From NCBI GenBank assembly GCA_002633005.1, contig NMRA01000752.1:1-57471 (forward strand): a stretch of 57,471 bases of DNA, read 5' to 3'. This DNA comes from Phoronis australis. Its lineage: Eukaryota; Animalia; Phoronida. Positions 25,648 through 37,262 of this stretch are shown here, in pieces. The notes under the pieces were generated by a model that was given only the letters and a program-made list of their open reading frames with translations, did not search any database and had not been told where the DNA came from. The position numbers were made by a program, and so were the translations under genes. Each line of letters begins with the position of its first letter. The stretch's first letter is position 1.

Positions 25648-25974
25648 TTGGTCTCATCACGTGACCTATGGTTAAGTTTGGAAAATCCCTGTCCGATCAG
25701 GACTTGAACCCGTAACTTTCTGCTAACCGTGCAGACGCTCTGTAGTCTGCTAAGCTATCGAGACCTCCGGTCAATTACAGAAACCCAGTCTGACTTATAT
25801 TAGGCATGTTACCCAAATTTTGGAGTGCAACATTTATATAATTGTGATGTTATAAATCAGCGCGTTAATATGGTATAAGTAAGGGTTATTCGTTTTCTTA
25901 CATGAACCGGCTGTAGCCCCGGTCCGGGACAGAGGTCCTTTAAGCCTTAACTATAGGTCATGTGATGCGACCAA
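25648..25974 (-). mobile_element. Inverted-repeat-bounded repeat containing a tRNA-like sequence (25688-25765, - strand)
   Basis: 29-bp inverted arms at 25648-25676 and 25946-25974 (3 mismatches). Internal - strand sequence GGTCTCGATAGCTTAG..AGAGCGTCTGC-ACGGTTA-GCAGA..ACGGG-TTCAAGT-CCTGATCGGAC. Confidence 0.65.
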
Positions 25975-26120
25975 CTTAATAATGGCTTGTACTAACAATA
26001 CTCTAAAATACACATACAGTGCGTCGAGTTCTATATTTGAATAAGATTGATAAGACTATATCTGAACACACGATGCCGTTGTACTCGACAAGGAAGCAAA
26101 TCTAGCAGGTCATTTGTATT

Positions 26121-26347
26121 GGCAAAATACATTTGGACTTAGTCAAGGCTGAAAATGAACCTGTGGCAAAATACATTTGGATTTAGTCAAGGCTGAAAAT
26201 GAACCTATGGCAAAATACATTTGGACTTAGTCAAGGCTGAAAATGAACCTGTGGCAAAATACATTTGGACTTAGTCAAGGCTGAAAATGAACCTGTGGCA
26301 AAATACATTTGGACTTAGTCAAGGCTGAAAATGAACCTGTAGCAAAA
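26121..26347. repeat. 44-bp minisatellite, 5 near-identical units plus a partial unit
   Basis: GGCAAAATACATTTGGACTTAGTCAAGGCTGAAAATGAACCTGT at 26121, 26165, 26209, 26253 and 26297. Confidence 0.95.
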
Positions 26348-28304
26348 ATTGTGAGGACTGCTATGCATTCTTATTTATTTTTACTAAACAACAAGCGTCC
26401 TATGATTACGCCAAGTTTGAAAGTTTTCCAAAATCTGGTTTCACGTGAACTCTTCCTTCATTCTTTAACTAATAATTTTCTTAGCACTAAGTTTTGTGTT
26501 CAGTTTTCCTCTGAGGAAAAAAGGAGTTACACCTGTTTGTTGAAGATTGTCGACAAACAAGTTTAGGGTCATTACCTTGGAAGCCTTTTAGTCTATTGCG
26601 GTATTAGTTAACAGTCTTTCTTATACTCATAAGTTTCAGATCAACATGTTTCAACAGTTACTGCTGAATGTTCAAGAAACAGGGTTGAATGATAGAAAGT
26701 AAAAACAATGCAATCTTTCACCGAACAAATTTAATATCAATGAATGTCAGAATTACTGGGGCGAGTTCCATTATTCTCGCCACTGAGGTAAATAGTACAT
26801 ATATTGACAAAGTCAACAGCCGTACTATACTTTATGCTTGGCTCAACTCAAGTTAGGGCCAAAAACACATTGAAATTAGAGTTGGATGCTAGGATAGACT
26901 TCCTGAAGTTATGGCCTGTGATCAGACCTATAATGCAACGAAATGCGCTGTGCCCTAGTTATTTTATTACAAACGGACAATTTCCAACGTTGGCTTCCAG
27001 ACATTCATTAAAATTAACTGAAATCGAGGCTGGTTACGTCATCTACTAGCAAAGCGTCATACTACGGCCGCTGAGTAGTAGATTCGAAATCGTCTCGCGA
27101 CTGATTTCAAATACACATCATTGTCGCAATGTCGCTTTTAATTTTAAAAACAATTCTCCAAACATGGATTGTGACGCAAGTAAACAAACACTGTATGTCT
27201 GACCGGCTGCATTGAATTGCCGTTACATTTCTTCTGTTATCTGATTCTCCTGTAATTGCTCACGTGGGGTAAAGCGAGGGAACACTGCTTTACTCTGACC
27301 GGTTGATGTTTTCGTCACTTGCCCAGCGCGTTACCATTTTCCATTTGAGGAACTGCGACTCAAAAGGTTCACGGTTCCCTTTATAATCCATGCCAAATTT
27401 ACACGTACGCGTAGGGTTCGCAAGTTACGTTTAACAGACCCAAACTAGTCTCGCTCCTGAGCACACGGTAGGATGATCTCGAAAACGTCGGACATTCTCG
27501 TAACCCCGAATCCTTCAGAGATGGACGTTATCTGCGCATGTGCAAGTTTCAAGCATGCGGCCAATCATTCTCCAGATTGAATGTCTTATGATTTATCATG
27601 TGTCTTGCTTTCGCACATAGGCTGATAACATTCATCTACCAGAGGATATTTGATGCTACAACGAAAATAACCAAGGCAATTTGCAAAGCCGTTATACGAT
27701 AGCTACAGAAATTTTTTCATTAAATGTCTAGGATTAGACTCACGACTAAAGTGAATTTTGTGGTGTCGACCTTGGCGAAATTTTCGGATTAATGAAAGAA
27801 TATGAGAAGTGTTTCACCACGGGAGCGTTTACTCGGTTCAATTTTATTTTTGAATTCAAGAATGTTTCTACAACGCTCTACCATTACATGTAGGTCTGGG
27901 ATGTAATCTTAACTCGAAACCGAACTCGATTATTTTGAGGTGAGATGTTCTTTTCATTTTTGGGCGAACTCAAGACATCTGTGCTAGAGTACATTATGGT
28001 TTATGTACATAACTGTTTACTTCAACTCGGCATTTGCTGACATCTTGACTCAAGCTACAAATCGAGAAAACATCCTTACATTCATGTTTATTTACATTAC
28101 CATCAGCAGAACAACAACTTGTGCGACTATCGTAATGTTCAGGAACAACAAAACGGGCGATTAATTATACTAATTACAATTACTAACGGCAGGGTATCAC
28201 ATATTACGTAAAGCGACAGTTAAAAGTGGTCAATAAGCGATTCAGAATTTCGCCCATTTAACCAATACAGCCTCTTCATGGCATTTCAACAAAGAACTGT
28301 CTTG

Positions 28305-28557
28305 TCAATCTGTGACCCCTGGTTCCTTCTTCAATGTTTGTTTCAACATTTCCCAGAATGCTTCCTGCCCCACGTCATCGTCTGCCGGCCATTTTAAGTA
28401 CGTTCGAGTTCTAAGCATATTGATGAGGGTAAGCGGCGAGTCTTGAACAGGAATGTCTTCCAGGAGAATCAAGATTAGAATATCCCTTCTTTGCTGACGA
28501 AAGATGTTGCGAGCCATGTGCATCTCAAAAATGCACCATTCGCTCTTGAGAAAATTC
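28305..28557 (-). CDS. Toll-like receptor, coding exon 2 (C-terminal half of the TIR domain)
   Basis: Acceptor TTTTCTCTTACAG|G. Translates (R)NFLKSEWCIFEMHMA..ILILILLEDIP..RTRTYLKWP..QEAFWEMLKQTL..stop. Phase matches the donor at 31204/31203. Confidence 0.95.
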
Positions 28558-29239
28558 CTGTAAGAGAAAACTTTTAGTATAAATAACTGGAAAAATACAG
28601 ACTCACAGCTGCCTAATACATAAATACAGTACGCAGATGCCCACTTGACTAAGATGAAAGACTCTGTTATCATACACAAGACGCACAATCATAGTGTTAC
28701 GAAAAACATAAATTAGGTATCTCAACAAGTTTATCTTTGCCTTGAATATTTTGACGACTAATTCACTGACATTTATAAATTTCATAGAAAGAACAGCGAG
28801 AGGGCAAAAATCACTACAATTTGTTAATACTACATAAGAAGTGCCATATTAAAATTTACGAAGTACGTAATTCAAATATTGTTATGGGGTCTAAAGTTGG
28901 CCACCAAACACACATACAGTATGAGAACTGCGGTCTGACAAGTCCCCCTTTGGCAGATGCTTAATATCATTTTACTGTTGTAGAGGGCGAAATTTATTCT
29001 TTCTTATGCAGCAGACACTTTGCGTGTCCGATCCCGCGTAAACACATTTATTTTTGCATTGTAAAAATCCTTAAAACATTTTCACTAATTTAAGTGGTTC
29101 ACACATGCTGGACAGTATTACTAATAATTGTTAAAATTTAGAGGTGACAATATTTCTAAGAATTATCATACGTTTTTACAGTTATATTTTTGATACAAAC
29201 ATACATGTATACCCAAGACATTGAACGGCAGATGTTATA

Positions 29240-29720
29240 GTTCTTATCTTTTAAGTCTGGTTCAAAAATTGTCCCCAAAAACTACCTATTAATCTTATTA
29301 CAGGCTGCAGAAAAATTGTCCAATATTGCAGATTAAGGATGCCCATGAGCACATCACCATTGTGTCATCAAAGAGTTCCAAGTGGGCTTTCATATTACAA
29401 ACCCTTATTTCAAAATGCACTTTGAAATCCAGTAGTAGACTGCACTATTTTCTCGATTTCAAGGAGGCTTTTGATAGTGATTGATTGCGAGATGGTTTGA
29501 TGAAGAATGTATACACTTTTGCAAGGAATGTATTACAGTATCAAATCGTGTGTTCAAATTAATCACGCATGTGTCTCGACTGACTACTTTGAATGTGCAG
29601 ACAGGGTTGCAAATTGTCATGTTTTATGTACCCTTTCTTCATTAACACGTGGACTAATCTCTACTGTTTGTTGTTCGCCGAAGATTTGCTGGCATTTGAT
29701 GGGACCGTAATACACTGTAT
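29240..29720 (+). mobile_element. Heavily decayed non-LTR RT fragment within the TLR intron
   Basis: Remnants in order: KSG..PKNY (~29255-29290), FLDFKEAFDS (~29450-29480), MYYSIKSCV..DYFEC..QG (~29530-29610). Confidence 0.6.
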
Positions 29721-30264
29721 ACAATCTAAGTATGTAAAATAACCAACATACATATATTGTAAAAATTGATGCTCAATGGTAACACGAAAAAAGAAAATAT
29801 TGGTGTTCACAAACGGTGGTTATCTTACTGGAAAACAAAAGTGGTATCTGAATGGTGTCCGGATAGTTACAATTTGAGAATACAAACACTAGGGCTTGAC
29901 TTTTACTGCTAAACGTGTTTGGACAAGCGTCAAAAGCGATATGAAACAATATACATACAGGTGAGAACAAAGTGCCAGGTGTAAAAAGTATGAGTGTCAT
30001 AACTCGACAGATGAAAAATGAGTGCTGTTTACTTTTGACATTGGGAAAGTTGGTATAAACAAGGGGGTAAAGAATGAACATGCATTTCTGAATGCTTTCG
30101 ATCAAATCTGGCTTACGGAAGTGTTATCTACACTGGCAAGCTGAGTATGTATACATGATTAAGAGTTACCGAGTGAGAAAGTCAGAAAGTAGTTGGGACA
30201 TGACGTGTCACGATTTTTTTACATATTATGTCTTTGTTGTACACTTATATAGCGAAATGGTCAA

Positions 30265-30287
30265 CACACACACACACACACACACAC
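30265..30287. repeat. (CA)n microsatellite
   Basis: Direct observation. Confidence 0.9.
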
Positions 30288-31203
30288 NTATTAATTCTTT
30301 GTTCCCACATCCCCCGAAGCAAGTTACATACTGCATGTAGGCCAACTTCAAACACCATGCAATCAAAGCCACCTTGCCTACTACACACAGTTTGCGATAA
30401 CCACTGTCTTAGTCTTTGACAGGACATTGTTACTTTCGAGGATTGCAGCCATCTTAATTTGTAAATAACACTTCGGCAAGAGCGCTTTCATCAAGTTCAC
30501 CCATTTCACATTGCCACCAGAACAGGGCATAAAAAGCACTTAAAATCAAAAAAAGTATTACGCAACATGGAAGTGACTTAAATCAAAACATGGACAAATT
30601 GATTCAAGCATTTCTGCAGTGACGAAAGTGGTACAGTTTGAACAGCTATAAAACAAGTGCGCGTCAACGATATTACTTCAAATACTATTCCATGAACTTC
30701 AATGAAATCATGCTTTATTTAGTGTGAATTGGAGAAGACAAATCCTCCTATTAGCAAAGATTAACTTTGCTGTTAGCAGAAATACTAGCGGCGTATGTGC
30801 ACATTATGAATGAATGACCTGGGTCAAGAAAATAGGGCCAGGATATAATTCATGGACAACATCAAGTTATTAGACGTTAAAACGAGTTTTACGTCAGATT
30901 TTACGAGTTTGTGATTGTTCACTTCCTAAACCGCTTTGATGCTGTGATGTAGCAACATGATTTATAAAATCTATTGATTTATTTGCACCCAGCGCCACCT
31001 TTTTTACAGAATGTAATTTTTAAAATATAGTTCGCCGGGTAACTACTGGGTAGTGTGCTATGAACATTTACATGCTACCGAGAGCGATTTTTCGTCACCT
31101 TGAAAAATGAAGTCTACTATATTTTCAGCGTAAAAGTGAAGCCTTTTGAAGCCACTCTATTAACGAATGAATGGGAATACATGCTACAGAAAAAATAGTT
31201 TAC

Positions 31204-33722
31204 CTCGAAAGGACAAGAATTGAATGGCGGCTGTTCTCGATGGCGTACATAATGTTCTCTTCAATAGGCTGACCGGGCAGAAAGTTTCTGTAGTGGATAC
31301 ACAGTCCAAACTCGTTATCCTCCTCCAGTTTCTCTCTCAACACGTCGTGTACCCAATGGCGATCTTCCGAGCTGTAGATTAGAAAGGCGTCGTAGTGAAA
31401 CCTGCGCTGCCTGTCGAGAGAGTTTATCGGACCTCTCCTGGCAGCAAAGACAATCCAGAATTTGATAGTCCATCTATGTCTGTATATCATACCAATAAGT
31501 GTAATAAGCAGAGCAACCCCAGTCGACACAGTGATCGAGATAACTATCCAATCCAGCTTTCTGCACTCGTCCTCTAGTCGCTTCAGGTCAACTTCACCTA
31601 CGTATTCCGATAATTTCTGATGAAACTTGTCACGACAGAGGTAGCCGTGGGGACTTAAGAATGTGACTGTCCTTGGATTTGACGACACGTTCTTGAACCA
31701 TCGCAAAAATGAGAGACTTTGGCAAGACGAACAGTTGAAAGGATTTTGCGAAAGATCCAACTTAACTTTTTTGCCATGCCATAGTTGCAGTGCTCCCTCG
31801 GAAACAAACTGAATTCTGTTTCTCGCGAAGATAATTTTTTTCAAAGACGGCATGTCAGAAATATCCATGAAGGTGTCGTCGAGATTGTTGCCTGATAAAT
31901 CCAAGAACTGTAAACGCGCTTGCTTAAAATTCGCGACGGCAAAGAGTCTATTGCCACGAAGAACGATTGTTTGAATTGCTGGAAGTTCGCTAAACATTTC
32001 CGGATAAAGTTCAGTCACTAAATTATTGTTCGCCAAATCAAGATATTCCAAGTTCGGAAGGTTTGCAAAGTGTTTCGTTCCCTTGTCTCGCAGCATAACG
32101 TAAAGCCTGTTTCCCGCGAGTATTAATTTCCTTAGGTTAGGGCATGGGAGATAACTGTCGGCCTTTATTACGGTAAAATCGTTATAGCCAAGATCAGCTG
32201 TAAGCAAGGCGTTGAAACACAAGTGAGCAGAGCCGTGTATCGGCCAATATTTGAAGTTACTGTGACTTACATCAATGTATGTCACGTTGTTCAACTCACA
32301 ATCTATGTTGTTCACATAATCACCCGGATGAAAGGCACCTTTTGCAATCACCGTTTTAAGATTTTTAGGCAGTATAATTTTGAAATGATTTCCAACATAA
32401 ATTGGAGTTCTTTTACGCGGAAATTTGACTATCGCACCGGCGAGCGGTTCTTCTGCATAATCAGCCTTGTTCATATGCTTGGCAATTTTTGGGGGAATTG
32501 AATTAGGTGGCGAATTATACAGAGCTACAGGGGAGACGAATTCATTGCTGTAATAACTTATATCTACCAATGATAAATTTTTCATTGCCATCATATTCAA
32601 GGCCAGTGTCAGTAGATTGGTCACATCAAACGAATATGCAAAATAATTTTGTCCTATGTAAATTTCTCTCAGATGTCGACTGGTGTTAGTAACAGCTTCA
32701 CCTTCGATAGAAACTATGTGATCGTTTACAAGAGAGATGTTTTCTATTGGCAAGTGAGCAAACGCCTGCGTCATATTTTTAGTTAACTTGACCGGATGCA
32801 AGTAATAGCTCACGTGCTCCAAGTCGAGGTGGGTTAAAGGAGAATGGAGGCGGCGAAGCAAATTAATGGCGGACTCCAGGCCCAAACGATCATTAAGTCC
32901 AAGGTCTATGCTCCTGAGTCGAGTAAAATATGACAAAGCAGCTTCTTCCACGGCACCTATGCGACAAGATCGCATGGAGAGCGCAATTATATTGCTAACG
33001 TGCTGGAAAGTGCCTTCCGGAACGAATACATATCTGTTACTTGACATTGAAGGGAACAAGACGAGTCGTTGTAATGACGTCATATTCTCAAATCCTTCAT
33101 CAAATTTCTTTACCTTGTCGTACTCAACGCCATTAACCTGCACGCTTCCATTATAAACGAAATCAATAGAAAGATTGTTGAAGTTCTTCAGAGATGATAA
33201 TATTTGACTTGGATATGCTACTTGGGTATTCAAAGGGGCCTGTTTTTCCAGAAAAAGGCTGTTCAAAGACGGAAGCTGTTCGAAAGTCACCGACTTCAAT
33301 TCATTATAGTGAAGCTCATTTGCGGTCAACATAAGTACTTCCAAATCACGGAGTCCGATAAAAGCGTTGCTAGAAATAGTCGTAATTTTATTGCCAGATA
33401 AAATCAGTTTAACGATAGTAGGAAGACTTCTGAACGCGTAGTCGTCAATTACCTGAATTTTGTTATCACTAAGATCGAGTGTGATGCATCTCCCTTCTCT
33501 GCAACTAAATTTGAGATCTGTAGGTATCGACGAAAATCCTTTGTTTGAGCAGTCAATTGTAACATAGTCATCCAACAGTTGACAAATGTTCTTGTATAAT
33601 CCCAGCCTGCTGTCTGTACTATCGAAGCTGTCTCTGACATAAGCTAGCCCACCAAACGACGTTGACAACAATAGCGCTACGATAAACGCAGCAACTAAGC
33701 AAACTTCCCTTGCAGTTTGCAT
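31204..33722 (-). CDS. Toll-like receptor (single-cysteine-cluster type), coding exon 1: signal peptide, LRRNT, LRRs, LRRCT, TM and N-terminal half of TIR; spliced protein ~923 aa
   Basis: 839-codon open frame with a hydrophobic signal, IDCSNKGFSSIP LRRNT, many LxxLxLxxN repeats, NPFNCSSC..C..C LRRCT, TM WIVISITVSTGVALLITLIGMIY, TIR box1 HYDAFLIYS and BB loop CIHYRNFLPG. Ends at AG|GTAAAC donor. Confidence 0.97.
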
Positions 33723-34123
33723 CTCGCCTTCTCGAACGGTTTTATCACCCTGGATCTATTGTCAAACTTAGAGTGGATTGCGACACCTTCCCCAAGGCTG
33801 TTTCGTTTTGACTGACTGGGTTTCATTTGTCCTGTTATCAAATGTCAGATTTGACAATCCATTTATGGAACACTTCGTTTATTGGTGCAATTAATGATCA
33901 CGAGTGCACGCTTGAAAATACACTGGAGTCCCTGCGATTACATGCCAGGAACCAGCTAAGATTCATCCTGGTCCCAGGGTCTAATGTTTTCACTCTAAGT
34001 CGAACTCGCGTGGGAGTTGTTTGCATTCGTTTGTTTCGGTGTTGTTTCTTATTATTGAATATAGAGATTGGTGTGGTATGTCTGTTTTATACAAACGAAG
34101 GAAGTCTAGAACTGTTATCAAAA

Positions 34124-35353
34124 AGGTAGCCTACCTAAACTACACGGTTTACGGGCTCATAAACACGGTCACGGACGCATGAACACTACTCACGTACCTG
34201 CAAACACCGTTCATTGATTCAAACACGGGATCGAACTCACAAAACACGATCCATTCACTCAAATACACGGTACACGGGCTCACATTCACGGAGAAACACG
34301 GTTAACGGATCGCCAAACACGGTTCACTCCTATAATTCGCTAAACAAGGGTCAAGGACTCATCGGCTTCCTGGTCAGCCTCGTCCGCAAGTCTCGAGATA
34401 GCGTTGATCGGTTTAACGATCAGCGCTCTCTTGATCGAGGCTTGCGGACTAGGCTGCTTCCCAGGTAAGTAGCGCGAAATAGTGATTATTACTACGAAGA
34501 AAGAAAGTCGATCAGCCTTCATGTATTTGGCAATACCTACGCCTAAAAAACTTTCTTATAGTACAAAAGTACAATTTGAACCAACTTTCACGTAAGACAA
34601 TTATTTCAAGTCATGCTATAATGCACTGCGATGTTTTTTTAATGCGCATCAACTTAATAGTAAACAGGCATAAACATCAGCATGGTGAGCATGGACAAAA
34701 AGAGGCGTTACCAGAGACCTTTACGAAAGAATTCTATTCCATGCGTACTCCCAGTAGGAAGGACATGCAAAGAACTTCTTAAACGGGCCCATTTAAAAGG
34801 AGACGAATCCCAGTTCAAGAAACCTTTACGAAATAATTCTATCCCATTTTCTTGGGGCAGATCCAAAAGGTGAAATAGGTGAAAGAGAGGGTCTTTTCAA
34901 GGAATAAGAACGATCCATGTCATTTTGAGAAGAAAGCAGAAGATAACGGAAGTCGCTAGTCTCACAGTCAAAATTAAGAATTGATGTTACAAACAGGTTT
35001 GGGAAGCCAATATATTGAAGAACAAATAAGCAGTTTAAATAATGTTTATTGTTTCTAAATCACAACAAAAACGTCACAGTACAGACAAAAATAATATCAA
35101 AAATATATTTAATCTCGCACCCATTACACAGCTGTCGAAGCTGACATCTACATTTTGTCAATAAACCGTGTTTGGTGGTCAGTTAACCAGGTTTCTTTGT
35201 GAATGTGAGTCCGTGACCCGTGTATTTGGGTGAATGGGTCGTGTTTTGTGAGTCCGATCCCGTGTTTGTGAGTCAGTGTTTGCAGGTAGGTGAGTATTGT
35301 TCATGCGTCCGTGACCGTGCTTTGAGTTCGTTAACAGTGGAATTTAGGTACCT
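34124..35353. mobile_element. ~1.2-kb non-autonomous element with ~200-bp inverted arms rich in ACACGG/CTCAC sub-repeats
   Basis: 34124-34327 is the reverse complement of ~35161-35353, e.g. CACGGTCACGGACGCATGAACA versus TGTTCATGCGTCCGTGACCGTG. Confidence 0.8.
34375..34456. repeat. 82-bp palindromic mini-element (hairpin)
   Basis: CAGCCTCGTCCGCAAGTCTCGA...TCGAGGCTTGCGGACTAGGCTG with an inner AGCGTTGATCG/CGATCAGCGCT stem. Confidence 0.75.
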
Positions 35354-36789
35354 TGAAACTTCTGTCAAACAAATTTTTCACCTATATTGTACAAACGAAA
35401 GAAATGTAGAAGTGTTATCAAAAGCTTCTTCAAAAACAAATTTCCATCTATATTTTTGGAATACTGGCCCCAAGCATTGTCAAACGAAGTATTATTTGGT
35501 AGCGATTCGGGATGCCTGCCGTGGGTACTACAGCTGCCTAGCTGGTAGGTGTAACGTTAAGCCATTTCTCACATGACCTGGAATGGTTAATAACATAGAG
35601 TACGTAATTTTTTGATATTACATGGGTGAGTCACAAAGTAGTGCAAAGTTGAAATCCATACGCCTTACATTTTATCATCTGCCAACAACCAAACGCGCGC
35701 CAACCAAACAATGCCGAAATTCCGTGAAGGTGACAAGGTTGTGATCGACAATGAAAACTGATGCGTACTCCCAATAGGAAGGACATGCAAACAACTTCTT
35801 AAACGGACCCATTTAAAAGGAGACGAACCCCAATTCAAGAAACGGGGCGAGACGGTCAGGCTGTGCTGTCTCAAGGTCAATTCAACGATCACGCTCGGGA
35901 AAGCCTTTCTGACTGTGTTATTTATAAACATTTACAACTTCAAAGACTAGTCACTAGAATGTAGCTTGAACATTTCTTATGAAAGCTGAATGCAATTTAC
36001 AATTTTTAGGCTTAAACTAAAACACATTGACAAAAAATAACTGAGTTTACTATACATTGCGCAATTAGCGGATTTTTACAAAAGTTGCGCCATGTGGTTG
36101 AAAATTTTAGACACGTCGAGTTTTTCGGAAAAAATCGTTTTTACGGTTCAAGCCGAGGAATTTTGACGAAATTTTCAAGATGTTTGATCTATAAAGCTGA
36201 GTTTTGTGTAGGATTCTCTATCTCGACGTAAAGTAATTTCGAAATTTACAAATTTCCTTAAAACATGTCCGAGTGATCAAGCACCACCCGAGCTCTTATA
36301 CAATACCGAAATCCCAGGACAAATGATAACAAGTATGATAGAATGAATGATCATAGCTGGCTCCACATGTAAAGAGAATATATTATTTTCCTATCAGCGT
36401 CCTGTTTTTGTTTGCAGACCTAGCTTTCGGGCCCATCTTGGGTTCTTCGTCAAGGTACTGACGGAAATCTTCTTTCACATGGCTACCTCTGGGTGGTCTT
36501 GGAAGTTGTCAAACACAACATGGTGGCTGTTTCTTACAAGGGGGCGCTGGTAAATAGCTGTCTATGTTCAATTTCGTTCTATTGCTCATGATTTCAACTT
36601 CTCTAATTTTCCAATTTTTCGAGATAGTATTTTGACTGTGGGGTTGCAAGTATGCGATGATTCCGTACCGTGTTCTTTAACGGCCGTAGGGTTGCCAGAT
36701 AATAATTTAAAGTTTTCTTTTAGTCTGGCTCGCGCATGCAAATTCCTGAGCGGTCTCACCAAGATATTTCGCTGGAAAATCAGGGCACT

Positions 36790-37262
36790 CAGGTCCAATG
36801 GTGGGTGACGCTCCCTTTCATGTTATCAACAGCATGAACTTCGTTTCCAAAATCAAGGATTTTGAAGTCCTCCCATGAGCCAAACCATCTTATCTTTTGA
36901 AGTGAGTTCGCTATTTACCCGCATACCGCATACCACAGCCAGTCCTGGAAGCATAGAACCAGGTTGAATGAGGGACAGAAACTTGGTACTCTTGTAATTT
37001 TGTCTGAACACTACGTATTCCCCAAACAAAGGCAATTTCTACAAACAACACACGGTGCTGCCATGGGGTCGCGCATAAGTCCCATTGTGGCTAATCTGTA
37101 CATGGACAGTTTTGAAACTAAAGCCATCGCAACGACTGACCATCTGCCATTGGGTACCGCTACGTATAGACGGCACCTTCGACAAGATCCAGACGTACTA
37201 GCCTACGCTAGTGAATTTGCAGATCTCATCAAGTCTGTGGACCCTCACATCAAGTTTACCAT
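36790..37262 (+). mobile_element. Penelope-like element reverse transcriptase fragment (decayed)
   Basis: PFHVINSMNFVSKIKD, LSFEVSSLFTRIP, QTTHGAAMGSRISPIVANLYMDSFE and IKSVDPHIKFT are typical PLE RT motifs, in order. Confidence 0.85.

Noticed and set aside
26121-26347. CRISPR-like array
   Set aside because: Head-to-tail 44-bp units with no spacers and no cas genes.
27893-28080. Similarity to 44678-44900 as a shared regulatory element of the TLR and EcKL genes
   Set aside because: More simply explained as two old copies of a dispersed AACTC-rich MITE.
31395-33640. Antisense and alternative-frame ORFs within the TLR (likewise 43604-44086 within EcKL)
   Set aside because: Shadow ORFs of real coding sequence with no independent motifs.
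31200-33722. Single-exon 840-aa TLR and a separate 127-aa TIR protein (28305-28688), as listed in the ORF track
   Set aside because: Canonical, phase-compatible splice sites join them into one complete TIR domain.
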